Origin: Octopus bimaculoides
Lineage: Eukaryota
DNA length: 51,750 nucleotides
Reading direction: 5' to 3'
Assembly (NCBI RefSeq): GCF_001194135.2
Contig: NC_068984.1
Coordinates: 88,744,450 to 88,796,199, forward strand
Part shown: in pieces, positions 51,677-51,750 of the stretch
Layout: each line of letters begins with the position of its first letter
How positions within the stretch are numbered: the stretch's first letter is position 1
Made by a program: the position numbers and the translations under genes
The notes under the pieces: model-generated
What the model was told of the DNA's origin: nothing
Seen by the model: only the letters and a program-made list of their open reading frames with translations
The model's database searches: none

Positions 51677-51750
<74 letters not shown>
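51677..51750. repeat. (TG)n microsatellite (one of dozens of di/tetra-nucleotide runs, e.g. 123-168, 4320-4450, 13270-13480, 37850-38290)
   Basis: Direct reading. Confidence 0.98.

Overview
AT-rich animal genomic DNA, very probably a cephalopod (Octopus-like). That call is inferred from my recollection of the SINE families and from the extreme microsatellite density; it is not verified. No intact protein-coding gene is present, and almost all listed ORFs are microsatellite or N-gap artefacts. The window is mostly decayed transposons: two R4/Dong-like RLE non-LTR elements, Penelope-like RT and GIY-YIG relics, two L1/Tx1 pieces, an RTE LINE with an internal inversion, a CR1-like endonuclease, Tc1/mariner and hAT relics and MITEs, and at least 3 tRNA-derived SINE families. 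The only good host-gene signal is a 24-nt minus-strand microexon candidate (17432-17455). Most notable: (1) a TSD-flanked ~265-bp fold-back element carrying two opposed minimal hammerhead-ribozyme motifs (39241-39507), plus further Penelope-type hammerhead relics of different families; (2) a ~930-bp inversion inside the RTE LINE with short duplications at both breakpoints; (3) several local inverted or direct duplications and a 110-nt near-perfect hairpin; (4) a SINE whose 3' tail resembles the 3' end of the Tx1 LINE. All alignments and translations were done by eye.
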